DNA from: Eledone cirrhosa
Lineage: Eukaryota
Length of the DNA stretch: 64,000 bases
NCBI GenBank assembly: GCA_964016885.1
Contig: OZ024740.1
Span: forward strand, 228,408,001-228,472,000
Reading direction: 5' to 3'
Below the pieces are notes generated by a model. It was given only the letters and a program-made list of their open reading frames with translations, was not told the origin of the DNA and ran no database searches. This document shows positions 40,570 to 53,500 of the stretch, piece by piece; position 1 is the stretch's first letter, and the number at the start of each line of letters is the position of its first letter. The position numbers were made by a program, and so were the translations under genes.

Positions 40570-40980
40570 TGGTGGCTGCCAACTCGTTTTCGAGTACGGC
40601 CACTACTTTATATCCATGTAGGAGAACCCCTACCGATGCGCTGAACAAGTGTGACTTTTTAGTCCAGCCAGCGACTTGAAAACTCTGGTACAAACAATAC
40701 ACTTGTGACAATTATTGACACATAGTGCTGGGCCCATGGTACCATGTGACGACAAGTGCAGAGAGATCTCCAGATACAAAGCAATGCCTGTGCCGTGAAG
40801 CTTTTATAGTCAGCAAAGGCACTGCACAAAGCCAGTCCCACTCTCTTAACCAAGATGATATTTACCAAAAAGAAGAACAAGTCAACATCATTGGATACCA
40901 TCAGGGCTGCAGGTGTTATATCAGAGTTTTCCTTCTCCTAGAATTCTGCCTTGACAAAGGCTAAGGGGTCATCTCTCATA
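40570..40980 (-). mobile_element. RTE-related non-autonomous element in (TACA)n, related to 27598-28120
   Basis: Shared blocks AAGCAATGCCTGTGC, TCCCACTCTCT, GTCAACATCAT.GGAT and TCAGAGTTT.C.TT..CCTAGAA. (ATAC)n on both sides. Confidence 0.6.
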
Positions 40981-41238
40981 CATACATACATACATACATA
41001 CATACATACATACATACATACATACATACATGCATTTTCTTTCTCTCTCGTCTTTCTAATCTACCATTCCTGACCTTTCACTTCCAGGCTTCTGTTATCT
41101 TCATCTCCGCCTGTGACCATGCAAGGGCCAAGTCATACTTTTCACCTATTAGACGTACGTCTAATTTCCTTCCGCATTATAGTTGTTACACTTTCTGCAC
41201 TTTTCTGTTAAAACACTGTAACGTTGTATACAGATATG

Positions 41239-41574
41239 TATTGGAATTTCGTATTTCAGAAGAAATACGGTATGTTTAAAATGAGCATTTGGAGAGCCGT
41301 AGCTATGCTAAAGCACCAGCGACTAACGCCGTCAGGCGGTGTCCAGCAGAAGCAAGTGGGGCAATAGTGGATGCGCATCTCGAACTGAACTGGTTCTCAT
41401 CAGCACGATCTCTCTCACTCTTACAAGTGCTGGACTTTGAAAATAGGCGAGAATATATGGTTTTCTCGTCTGTGTAACTAAGGTGGACGGCGTTACTCGC
41501 TGGTGTTTTGGCATAACTCTCCAAATGTCTATTTTAAACATACCGTGTTTCTTCTGAAATACGAAATTCCAATA
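41239..41574. mobile_element. MITE with ~90-bp terminal inverted repeats
   Basis: TATTGGAATTTCGTATTTCAGAAGAAATACGGTATGTTTAAAAT...AACGCCGTC is mirrored at 41486-41574. Superfamily not assignable by eye. Confidence 0.85.
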
Positions 41575-41651
<77 letters not shown>

Positions 41652-41701
41652 GCATCTCGAAACTTCTCGAAACAATTTGATTTTTCAACCGAATACCATT
41701 G

Positions 41702-41815
<114 letters not shown>

Positions 41816-42024
41816 TTATTAAAATAACAGATTAAAGTTTAAGCAAAGAATCGCTGCTTTCACCCTTAACGGGATCTTCTGAAAATAACAAAGTCAATCT
41901 GTGAACGCAGAAGTGAATATATCAAAAAACGTTGCAAACGGAGGAAGACAGGAAGACGATAGGTATATTTTCCTGCTTGGTACAGGTATGTTCTTTGTAG
42001 AAATATTCAGATATTGTTTCTGCA

Positions 42025-42478
<454 letters not shown>

Positions 42479-43329
42479 GTATGTATATTTAGAGAGAAAG
42501 AGTGAGTGTTAGATATATATTATGTATGTATGTGTGAGTGCGTGTTTGTAACTGTGTCTTTGCATCTGTGCGTGCTTGCACATACAAGCGTTAGTCTATA
42601 TCGTGTGTATAAGTGCATGTGTTTACGTTCGCGTGCAATGAATGTATTGTGTATATAGTACTTTTCTTTGATGTTTGATTGCAGGTTCCGTTAAATTGTT
42701 AATATTTCATAATATTTAGGCGTTTATTTGCTATTCTTTCTATTTGATCGAATGTTGTTATATAACTTCATATTTCATTGTATACCTTAAATCGGAAATA
42801 TATAAAGGAATATTTGAGAAACAAACAGAAAAATTCTTACTAATAAATTAATACACACTTTGTAATTTCGGTCGCTTTATCTCAATAACCATCCACTCCT
42901 TCTATAACTTATTGTTTCAATAATATTAAGAAGGTTTTTTTTTATTTAGGCACAAGGCCAGCAATTTGGGGGGAGGGGTAAGTCGATTAATTCGAACCCA
43001 TGTTTACATATGTTTACATATGCACTGGAATGGATAGTATCAACTTTAATGTAACAAGACTATAAGGATTTCTAGAAGTGCCTATGTGTGTGCGTGCGTG
43101 TTTGTTGTTGGTCTGTACAGAGCTGTGAGGATGTGCGTTTCTGTTCATAACGAAGCCGTAGGTAACTCGAGCGGTGAATGTGCGCATGCGTGTTACAACG
43201 GACGAGGTAAGGGTGACAGTGACTAGGGGTATACAAACACGCTCGAGCGTATGTGTGCAAGGGTAAATAGATATTAGAAAATGTGGAGATGAGTTTAGTC
43301 CATTCTGGAAACTGGGCCCAAGGCGGAAA

Positions 43330-43880
43330 ATTAAGTTCTGCCGAGTCGTGGTGCGCGAGGCCGGTGATCCGTGATACAACAGGACACACAGGACACCCAG
43401 GACTGAGACAAGTAGAGAGGAGGGGTCTGGGAGGATGGAAAAGACGAAAGACGGGAGTATTCCCACCAAGTTGTTCTGCGAATCGGTCCACCAGTCGGCA
43501 GCCTGTTTGTCCGATCTATAAGGACCCTCAAAGGGAACACCAGGGGACATAGATAACGTTAGTAGAGGTGCAGATGAAGGAGTGGTGGATATGGAAAGAA
43601 CCGTTAATGCCCGAGAGAGTGGTGAGGTTGGAAATGAAGCGATATGTGTTACAGCGGGGGAAAGAACAGGGACGGGAGTCAGGCGGAGTCGTACGGGAGG
43701 AAAGGAAGGACCTGCCTACATGTAGGTCGCGGAGATTACGGGCGCATTTAAAGGAGGTGATGAGTGGGTTGGGAAAGAAGCTAGAAGTGACGGGGGTCAG
43801 AAGAAAGGGGGATATAGTGTCAGAGAGATAGGGTGGTGTGCTGGTAAGGGAAGGGGAAAAGAAGGCGTGTGTATATCTAT
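43330..43880 (-). pseudogene. Penelope-like (Neptune-type) linker plus GIY-YIG relic
   Basis: PLITSFKCARNLRDL..SRPCSFPRCNT..FHIHHSFICTSTNVIY..C, then frameshifted RL.DRFAE and PVFRLF. Confidence 0.75.
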
Positions 43881-43935
43881 GTGATGTCGATGGACGCAAG
43901 AATGAGTACTCAATACCGGAGTAGAGTTTAATAAT

Positions 43936-44121
43936 TGTTTCTACTTTAGGCACAAGGCCAGCAATTACCCAGTACATTACTGGTACTTTATTTTATCGAC
44001 CCCGTAAGGATGAAAGGCAAAGTCAACCTCGACGGGATTTGAACTCAGATCGTAAAGGGACGTAACTATGCTGGAAAGCATGGCGTCCGACCCTCTACCG
44101 ATACTGCCAATCCACCGCCCC
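43936..44121 (-). mobile_element. Young tRNA-derived SINE with 17-bp TSD
   Basis: GAGTAGAGTTTAATAAT at 43919-43935 and 44127-44143. Confidence 0.92.
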
Positions 44122-44308
44122 TAGTAGAGTAGAGTTTAATAATACGCTTTATTATGGGTAAGTGATGAGTCATGTTACTCCAGATCACCAGACAAAACAC
44201 ACACACATGTATAAAACTAACTGAATACGCATGTTTGTTTTTTCTAATTTCTTTCCGTTCCTTCTTCTCCTCACTCTTTATCTTTCTATTTTATCTTTTC
44301 TAATTCTA

Positions 44309-44344
44309 TCTTCTGTTGAAGGACTAATGTCCGAAACGTTAAGA
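44309..44344 (+). ncRNA. Minimal hammerhead motif (one core substitution)
   Basis: TCTT-CTGTTGA-A-GGAC-taat-GTCC-GAAA-CG-TT-AAGA. Confidence 0.6.
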
Positions 44345-44467
44345 CTATTTTCCTGTTATTTCAAGCGTTAAGCTAATATATTTCTTCAATGCACTGTTTC
44401 GTTTGCTTTGTTATTTCTATTTACCTTTTACATATACCTTGCTTTTATACACACACACACACACACA

Positions 44468-44512
<45 letters not shown>

Positions 44513-44518
44513 GCACAC

Positions 44519-44565
<47 letters not shown>

Positions 44566-44736
44566 GAGGAGAATATAAAAGCATATATACATACACGTAC
44601 TTATATATGTGTATGTATGTGAGTGTATATTTGCTTATGCACTTATGTCTACAAAGACAGATTAAAAAGAAAATAAATTCTCTTGTGATTGGAAAACAAA
44701 CAATATGTTGTCTTTCTGTTTTAACCCTCACTCGTC

Positions 44737-44848
<112 letters not shown>

Positions 44849-44889
44849 TATATTTGTCTTTGTCTGTCTGCTTACCTATCTATCTATAA

Positions 44890-45071
44890 AGGGCGGTGAA
44901 TTGGCAGTATCGGTAGAGGGTCGGACAAGCTTTCTAGCATAGTTATGTCCCTTTATGATCTGATTTCAAATCCCGCCGAGGTTAACTTTGCCTTTCATCC
45001 ATACGTGGTCGATAAAATAAAGTACCAGTAATGTACTGTGTAATTGATGGCCATGTGCCAAAAGTAGAAAC

Positions 45072-45077
<6 letters not shown>
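44890..45077 (+). mobile_element. tRNA-derived SINE
   Basis: Full consensus match. Confidence 0.88.
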
Positions 45078-45114
<37 letters not shown>

Positions 45115-45978
45115 TATATATATATATATAATTTTTTAATACATTAACAGAGAAAGCTTTAAGCAATACTCCGCCCGGCTTCCGTCTCACTCAACAAACA
45201 TTAGGACTAAACATAAGATAGGGAAAGCCATCTCATGGTACGACAACCTGAGATACCAGAGTGTCATGTTTGTGGACGCTACCCCTGGAGGGAAATTAGC
45301 TAACCGGCGTAGAAAGGCCCTGAGAAAGACCCACTTAAAAATTAAGGTGGTAGAAAAGCGAGGAACTACCATAAAATCCCTGATCAGCAAATCATACTCT
45401 TTTAAGAAAACCCATTGTACTAATAGGAAATGTATTATATGTAAAGTAAACCCTCGGATAAACTGTAAAACGAGAAATGTAGTCTATAGCATAAGTTGTA
45501 CAGAGGGTACTTGCAGAAACATGACAACAACATACATAGGCGAGACAGCTCGTAGCATAAGTGAAAGGATAGACTAACACTGGGGGGAACTAAAAGGACG
45601 AAAAAACGGTTCAGTACTCTACGAACACGCCAGACAACAACATGACGGTAACATAGACAACATAAAAATAAAAAAATATCTAAACATAGAAATGACCCAG
45701 CAGGTAGGCAAATCAGAGAGGCAAGTGAAATAGAACTTAGAAGGCCAAAGCTAAACAGAAAAAATGAATGGAATAACAACAACACCGAAACAAACAATAC
45801 TGACTTAAGAGAAATATAAATATAAATAAATAAATATATACACAAGCACAATAACAACAAACACATATAAGCACACACTAGTAAACTAAGATAGAATAAC
45901 CAAAACACAGTCACCCAAACGCGAACACACACCAAACACTATACACACACGCAAACGCATGCGCAGAGAAGACAAAAA

Positions 45979-46021
<43 letters not shown>

Positions 46022-46127
46022 ACATTAAATAAAGATGGCGTAAATATACAATACAACAGGAGGAAACATAATAGCACCACTGACGATGTTACAGATGTGC
46101 AACGAAAGAACTTTGTTAGACTATATA

Positions 46128-46688
46128 TTGGGTTGGTGCATAATTATTGCGGCCTTTTTTCACAAATCGGTAAACATTCGGACACGTTCAGCTTTGTTGT
46201 TATCGGAGAGTTCGTGGGGGACCCACACAGCCAATTTCCATACTTTTCCGAGCTTTTTGAGACGACGAACGACGGTCGAATGGTCCACATTGAAGTCTTC
46301 GGCCAACATTCTCGCTGTCAAGCTTTCGTCCTCTTCCACGGCTGCCAAAAGTGCCTGGTCATTGAAATTTGATGGTCGACCTCTTCCTTCTTCATCTGCG
46401 AGGTTAGTATCGCCCGATTTGAACTTCCTCAACCATCTTTCAACTTGGCTTTTGCTGATTGTTCCTTCACCAAAAAGTTCATTGAGATCGCGAAATGACA
46501 GTGCTGCATTCCAACCTTTCTCGAAGTGGTAGAGTATAATATGACGAATGTGGATATGATGTTCGATACGCATTCTGAAAAGAGAAAAACCCGACCGTCA
46601 TTTAAAGATGTTTTTGTTAAATATTGTTATTGTTTTTGTTAAATAAAATTTGTTGAAAAAAAGCCGCAACAATTATGCAACAACCCAA
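46128..46688 (-). mobile_element. Internally deleted mariner (Hsmar1/cecropia-like TIRs) with TA TSD
   Basis: TIRs TTGGGTTGGTGCATAATTATTGCGGC / GCCGCAACAATTATGCAACAACCCAA, TA on both sides. Confidence 0.92.
46160..46573 (-). CDS. Truncated mariner transposase: paired HTH DNA-binding domain through WVPHEL, no DD34D domain
   Basis: 137-aa uninterrupted ORF with RHIILYHF, GRGRP and WVPHEL motifs, stopping at the inner edge of the TIR. Confidence 0.8.
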   Translation of the reverse strand: MRIEHHIHIRHIILYHFEKGWNAALSFRDLNELFGEGTISKSQVERWLRKFKSGDTNLADEEGRGRPSNFNDQALLAAVEEDESLTARMLAEDFNVDHSTVVRRLKKLGKVWKLAVWVPHELSDNNKAERVRMFTDL

Positions 46689-46839
46689 TATATGTGTTTA
46701 TATCTATATTATATCTGTATTTTTTACTGTTGGTCAGTCAATGGTAAATATTGAGGACCGAATGAATTAACTGATATAAAAGATACAGAAGCGAAATCCA
46801 ACCAAACAGTGAATGTGTTCTGTTATTATTTCTGGCAAT

Positions 46840-47025
46840 TGGGGATTGGCAGTATCGGTAGAGGGTCGGACGCCATGCTTTCCAGCATAGTTACGTCCCT
46901 TTACGGTCTGAGTTCAAATCCCGCCGAGGTTAACTTTGCCTTTCATCCTTACGGGGCCGATAAAATAAAGTACCAGTAATTTACTGGGTAATTGCTGGCC
47001 TTGTGCCTAAAGTAGAAACAATTAT
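46840..47025 (+). mobile_element. tRNA-derived SINE inserted in the PLE 3' end
   Basis: Consensus match; interrupts the sequence that is continuous at 2680-2746. Confidence 0.88.
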
Positions 47026-47562
47026 TACACCATATGACCCTCCCCAAGTATAACAATATTTGTTTCAACACACGATTTCATATCAAAAATCTCGCAAAAC
47101 AAATATATATATACACATATATACATCTATATATATATACACATATATACATCTATATATCTATATATGCTTACCTACCAAACTATCTACCTACCTATCT
47201 ACCTGCCTATCTCTCTACACCCTCCTCTCTATCTATCTACCTATCTATCTACCTGCCTATCTCTCTACACCCTCCTCTCTATCTATCTACCTATCTATCT
47301 ATCTCACTTTATATCTTTCTCCTCCCGGTCTCTCACTACCTGTCTACGTGTCTCTAATTTCTGTCTCTCCCACTCCCTCTCTCTGCCCTGTTATCAGTTT
47401 TACCACTCTCTCTTTATCTCTGTCTGCTTCTCAACCTCTCCGTGTGTCTATTGCTGCTTCATTCTTACTCTTTCTTATGTCCCCTTCTCACCATTCTTTA
47501 TTTCTGTACCTGTTTCATTCTCTCTCTCTCTCTCTTAATCTGTCTGTGTGTGTGTGTGTCTC

Positions 47563-47624
<62 letters not shown>

Positions 47625-47758
47625 TCTGTCTATCCCCCCACCGACCCCCCTCTCTCTCTGTGTCGCTATGTGTGTCTCTGTCTATTTCTCTCTCCTCCAC
47701 TCTTTCTCTCTATCTATCTCTTTCTCTCCCTCTCTCTCTTTCTCTCTCCCTCACTCTT

Positions 47759-47790
<32 letters not shown>

Positions 47791-47828
47791 CCTCTCTCTC
47801 TCTATCTCTCTCTCTGTCTCTCTCTCTC

Positions 47829-47876
<48 letters not shown>

Positions 47877-47899
47877 ACTCTTTCTCTCTCTCTCTCTGA

Positions 47900-47946
<47 letters not shown>

Positions 47947-48229
47947 CATCACTCTCTCTCTCTCTCTGTCTCTCTCACTCTTTCTCTCTCTCTCCAGTTA
48001 CACATACACACTCACTCTCTTTCACTATTCTCTCGCCTTTACACACATATACATACAATCTCCCCTCCCTGACTCACATAGAACCCCCCCCCCCCCTCTC
48101 TCTCTCCATCACACACACGTACACGCCACCTCATACCCCCACACACACTCAGATCCACACACACTCAGATCCACACATACATACATTGATACGCTCCTCC
48201 ACAACACACACAGGTATACGCATATACCC

Positions 48230-48795
48230 TTTCTCTCTCTCTCTCTCCCACACACACACTCTCCCATCTCCCTTCCACACACATAAACACACACTCTCCT
48301 CTCTCTCTCTTCCACACACACACTCTCCCATCTCCCTTCCACACACATAAACACACACTCCCCTCTCTCTCTCTCACACACACACACACTCTCCCATCTC
48401 CCTTCCACACACATAAACACACACACCCCTCTCTCTCTCACACACACACACTCTCCCATTTCCCTTCCACACACATAAACACACACACCCCTCTCTCTCT
48501 CACACACACACACTCTCCCATTTCCCTTCCACACACATAAACACACACACCCCTCTCTCTCTCCCACACACACACACTCTCCCATCTCCCTTCCACATAC
48601 ATAAACACACACTCCCCTCTCTCTCTCTCCCACACACACACTCTCCCATCTCCCTTCCACACACATAAACACACACACTCCTCTCTCTCTCACACACACA
48701 CACTCTCCCATTTCCCTTCCACACACATAAACACACACATCCCTCTCTCTCTCACACACACACACTCTCCTATTTCCCTTCCGCACACACACACA
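48230..48795. repeat. ~60-bp minisatellite built from (CT)n/(CA)n modules, about 9 copies
   Basis: Recurring CTCTCCCAT(C/T)TCCCTTCCACACACATAAACACACAC. Confidence 0.85.
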
Positions 48796-48929
48796 CACAC
48801 ATATATATACGTGTATAATCTACCTGCATACACACACATATATATATATACGTGTATAGTCTATCTGTACACACACATATCACACACACACACACACATA
48901 TATATATATACACGTGTATAGTCTATCTG

Positions 48930-49085
48930 TGCGGTCGCAACATGGTGGAATGGCTAAGGAGTTCGTTTCGTAATCATTAGGTCCCACGTTCGATCCCATT
49001 GTGTATTATCTTGGCCAGTGGCAATTACTATAAATTTGGATTCATCCATGCGTTATGAGGAAAGCTGTAGACAGAAACTTTTTTC
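48930..49085 (+). mobile_element. Diverged tRNA-derived SINE (different family)
   Basis: A-box-like TGGTGGAATGG and B-box-like CGTTCGATCCC. Confidence 0.5.
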
Positions 49086-49261
49086 TGGATCTCCTTTGAG
49101 AATTACAATACGGGTACACGTGTCTTTGGAATTCTGTGGATCCATGGTCTACCTGTTAGGTTTATTTTTTGTCACACGCTTGACAGAATCGTTAGAGTAA
49201 CGCACAAAATGCCTGAGATATTTAGTCACATAAGACTCTTCATGTTCTGAGTTCAAATCTT

Positions 49262-50095
49262 TCATCAATCGGGTTGGAAGTGGTATCATGACTGGCGGAT
49301 GTAAAATCAGTCGGCTGGAATTTGCAGACGACATGGTGCTACTTAACTCGACAAAAGATGATCTCTGAGGTGCACTCGATAGGTTTGATGCCGAATGCTG
49401 CATGGCTGGAATGAAAATCAGTGCTTCAAAAACTGAGACAGTCATTATCTCAAGGAAGCCTGCGCAGTGCACCCTAGATGTGAATGGAATTCCACTGAAG
49501 CAGGTAGAGAAATTCAAGTATCACGAGGGATGGAAGGCAGGAGGCTGAATTAAGTGCAAGAATTACAGGAGCTGGTGCAGTAATGTGCCAGCTTCAGCAT
49601 TTAGTAATCAGAAGAAGGGAGGTAGGCGTAAAAGCCAAACTCGCTGTCTTCAATTCAGTATTCGTGCCAACCCTTACCTATGGTCATGAATCTTGGGTAA
49701 TGACGAAAAGATGCGATCGCGAATACAAGCTACCGAAATGGGGTTCTTTCGAAGGGTCTTTGGACTAACGTTACTCGATAGAGTGCGTATCTCAGAGACC
49801 AGAGAGTCACTCCAAGTAGAGCTGATATTTCTCCGAATTGAGAGATCATACTTCTGATACTGTCGGCATGTGGTTAGAATGTCTCAGGAAAGAATCGCTG
49901 GAAAGATTTTACGGGCAAAAACCAACCGGCAGGAGACCCAGGGTAGACCCCGAGGAAGATGGTTGGATAACATCCATGAGTTCGGCTGGTCTCACTCAGG
50001 GATCCAGCCGGATCAATTTATACAGGACCCACTGGAAGGGGAGTTTGAGGATTCTGCCCCAACAACTCTCAGAAATATGTGGGTGAAGAAGACTG
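49262..50095 (+). pseudogene. Decayed RTE-clade (Rex3/Expander-like) RT 3' fragment
   Basis: LEFADDMVLL..GMKISASKTE..LKQVEKFKY; FVPTLTYGHESWVMT; IQATEMGF.RR; GRPRGRWLDNI. Multiple stops and frameshifts. Confidence 0.85.
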
Positions 50096-50580
50096 AAAAA
50101 GACTACCTCTCTTTTGTCTGTCTGTTTGTCTCTTTTCCCCTTTCTTTCTCTCACTTTCTCTTTCTCACATACACACACAGTATAACACACTCTATCTCTC
50201 TGCCGCGCGCTCTCTCTCTCTCTCTCTCTCTCGTTCACACACACACACACACACACACACGGTGTCATTCACCCTTCCTTTCTTCTCTCTCTCTCTCACA
50301 CACACATACTGTCTTTCTTTATGTTATTGTTATTTAGCCTCAGATCAGCAACGATCGAGCAGTCATATGACCACATACCTTACGACTATAAGCATCTCAC
50401 CTTATTAATATATAATATTAACGACTGCATTATCCAATGCATTCTAGATATCAGAGAGAGATTTCGCTGCTGTTTCTAGCAGGTCACCCAGTCCTCGTTT
50501 TCTACTTTCTCTCACTTCCGCATTCAGCCTCACCCCTTCTACTCTCCCTGTGTCAATCGCTCCTTTCTTTCTCTGTACCT

Positions 50581-53500
50581 TGTATCTGTGTGTCTGTGTA
50601 TCTGTGTGTCTGTGTATCTGTGTATCTGTGTGTCTGTGTGTCTGTGTATCTGTGTATCTGTGTATCTGTGTATCTGTGTATCTGTGTGTCTGTGTATCTG
50701 TGTGTCTGTGTATCTGTGTGTCTGTGTGTGTGTATCTGTGTATCTGTGTATCTGTGTATCTGTGTGTCTGTGTATCTGTGTGTCTGTGTCTGTGTGTGTG
50801 TATCTGTGTATCTGTGTATCTGTGTATCTGTGTATCTGTGTGTCTGTGTATCTGTGTGTCTGTGTGTCTGTGTATCTGTGTATCTGTGTATCTGTGTATC
50901 TGTGTGTCTGTGTATCTGTGTGTCTGTGTATCTGTGTATCTGTGTGTCTGTGTATCTGTGTATCTGTGTGTCTGTGTATCTGTGTATCTGTGTATCTGTG
51001 TGTCTGTGTATCTGCGTATCTGTGTGTCTGTGTGTCTGTGTATCTGTGTGTCTGTGTATCTGTGTATGTGTGTCTGTGTGTCTGTGTATCTGTGTATCTG
51101 TATCTGTGTATCTGTGTGTCTGTGTATCTGTGTATCTGTGTGTCTGTGTATCTGTGTATCTGTGTCTGTGTATCTGTGTATCTGTGTATCTGTGTATCTG
51201 TGTGTCTGTGTGTCTGTGTATCTGTGTATCTGTGTGTCTGTGTATCTGTGTATCTGTGTGTCTATGTGTCTGTGAATCTGTGTGTCTGTGTGTCTGTGTA
51301 TCTGTGTATCTGTGTATATGTGTATCTGTGTCTGTGTGTCTGTGTATCTGTGTGTCTGTGTGTCTGGGTATCTGTGTATCTGTGTATCTGTGTATCTGTG
51401 TATCTGTGTCTGTGTGTCTGTGTATCTGTGTATCTGTGTATCTGTGTCTGTGTATCTGTGTATCTGTGTGTCTGTGTATCTGCGTATCTGTGTGTCTGTG
51501 TGTCTGTGTATCTGTGTGTCTGTGTATCTGTGTATGTGTGTCTGTGTGTCTGTGTATCTGTGTATCTGTATCTGTGTATCTGTGTGTCTGTGTATCTGTG
51601 TATCTGTGTGTCTGTGTATCTGTGTATCTGTGTCTGTGTGTCTGTGTATCTGTGTATCTGTGTATCTGTGTATCTGTGTGTCTGTGTGTCTGTGTATCTG
51701 TGTATCTGTGTGTCTGTGTATCTGTGTATCTGTGTGTCTATGTGTCTGTGTATCTGTGTGTCTGTGTGTCTGTGTATCTGTGTATCTGTGTATATGTGTA
51801 TCTGTGTCTGTGTGTCTGTGTATCTGTGTGTCTGTGTGTCTGGGTATCTGTGTATCTGTGTATCTGTGTATCTGTGTCCGTGTGTCTGTGTATCTGTGTA
51901 TCTGTGTATCTGTGTCTGTGTATCTGTGTATCTGTGTGTCTGTGTATCTGTGTATCTGTGTATCTGTGTATCTGTGTATCTGTGTGTCTGTGTGTCTGTG
52001 TATCTGTGTATCTGTGTGTCTGTGTGTCTGTGTATCTGTGTATCTGTGTGTCTGTGTGTCTGTGTATCTGTGTATCTGTGTGTCTGTGTATCTGTGTATC
52101 TGTGTGTCTGTGTATCTGTGTATCTGTGTCTGTGTGTCTGTGTATCTGTGTATCTGTGTCTGAGTGTCTGTGTATCTGTGTATCTGTGTGTCTGTGTATC
52201 TGTGTATCTGTGTGTCTGTGTATCTGTGTATCTGTGTATCTGTGTCTGTGTGTCTGTGTATCTGTGTGTCTGTGTGTCTGTGTATCTGTGTATCTGTGTC
52301 TGTGTGTCTGTGTATCTGTGTGTCTGTGTGTCTGTGTATCTGTGTATCTGTGTATCTGTGTATCTGTGTGTCTGTGTATCTGTGTATCTGTGTATCTGTG
52401 TCTGTGTGTCTGTGTATCTGTGTGTCTGTGTATCTGTGTATCTGTGTCTGTGTGTCTGTGTATCTGTGTGTCTGTGTGTCTGTGTATCTGTGTATCTGTG
52501 TATCTGTGTATCTGTGTATCTGTGTCTGTGTGTCTGTGTATCTGTGTGTCTGTGTGTCTGTGTATCTGTGTATCTGTGTATCTGTGTGTCTGTGTATCTG
52601 TGTATCTGTGTATCTGTGTATCTGTGTGTCTGTGTATCTGTGTATCTGTGTATCTGTGTGTCTGTGTGTCTGTGTATCTGTGTATCTGTGTATCTGTGTA
52701 TCTGTGTCTGTGTGTCTGTGTATCTGTGTGTCTGTGTGTCTGTGTATCTGTGTATCTGTGTATCTGTGTATCTGTGTATCTGTGTGTCTGTGTATCTGTG
52801 TGTCTGTGTATCTGTGTATCTGTGTATCTGTGTCTGTGTGTCTGTGTATCTGTGTATCTGTGTATCTGTGTATCTGTGTGTCTGTGTGTCTGTGTATCTG
52901 TGTATCTGTGTGTCTGTGTATCTGTGTATCTGTGTGTCTATGTGTCTGTGTATCTGTGTGTCTGTGTGTCTGTGTATCTGTGTATCTGTGTATATGTGTA
53001 TCTGTGTCTGTGTGTCTGTGTATCTGTGTGTCTGTGTGTCTGGGTATCTGTGTATCTGTGTATCTGTGTATCTGTGTATCTGTGTCTGTGTGTCTGTGTA
53101 TCTGTGTATCTGTGTATCTGTGTCTGTGTATCTGTGTATCTGTGTGTCTGTGTATCTGCGTATCTGTGTGTCTGTGTGTCTGTGTATCTGTGTGTCTGTG
53201 TATCTGTGTATGTGTGTCTGTGTGTCTGTGTATCTGTGTATCTGTATCTGTGTATCTGTGTGTCTGTGTATCTGTGTATCTGTGTGTCTGTGTATCTGTG
53301 TATCTGTGTCTGTGTGTCTGTGTATCTGTGTATCTGTGTATCTGTGTATCTGTGTGTCTGTGTGTCTGTGTATCTGTGTATCTGTGTGTCTGTGTATCTG
53401 TGTATCTGTGTGTCTATGTGTCTGTGTATCTGTGTGTCTGTGTGTCTGTGTATCTGTGTATCTGTGTATATGTGTATCTGTGTCTGTGTGTCTGTGTATC

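Larger units (their letters stand above)
45185..47060 (+). mobile_element. Penelope-like element 3' portion (GIY-YIG relic ~45235-45780, 3'UTR hammerhead ~46078-46117), interrupted by a mariner and a SINE
   Basis: WY..SVMFVDATPGGKL..IKVVEKRG..C...C..C...NCKTRNVVYSISC..YIGETARS..ER..H and later P.LNRKNEW. CTGACGA-TGTTACA-gatg-TGCAAC-GAAA-GAAC-TT. The 3' part is colinear with 2355-2746. Confidence 0.8.
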
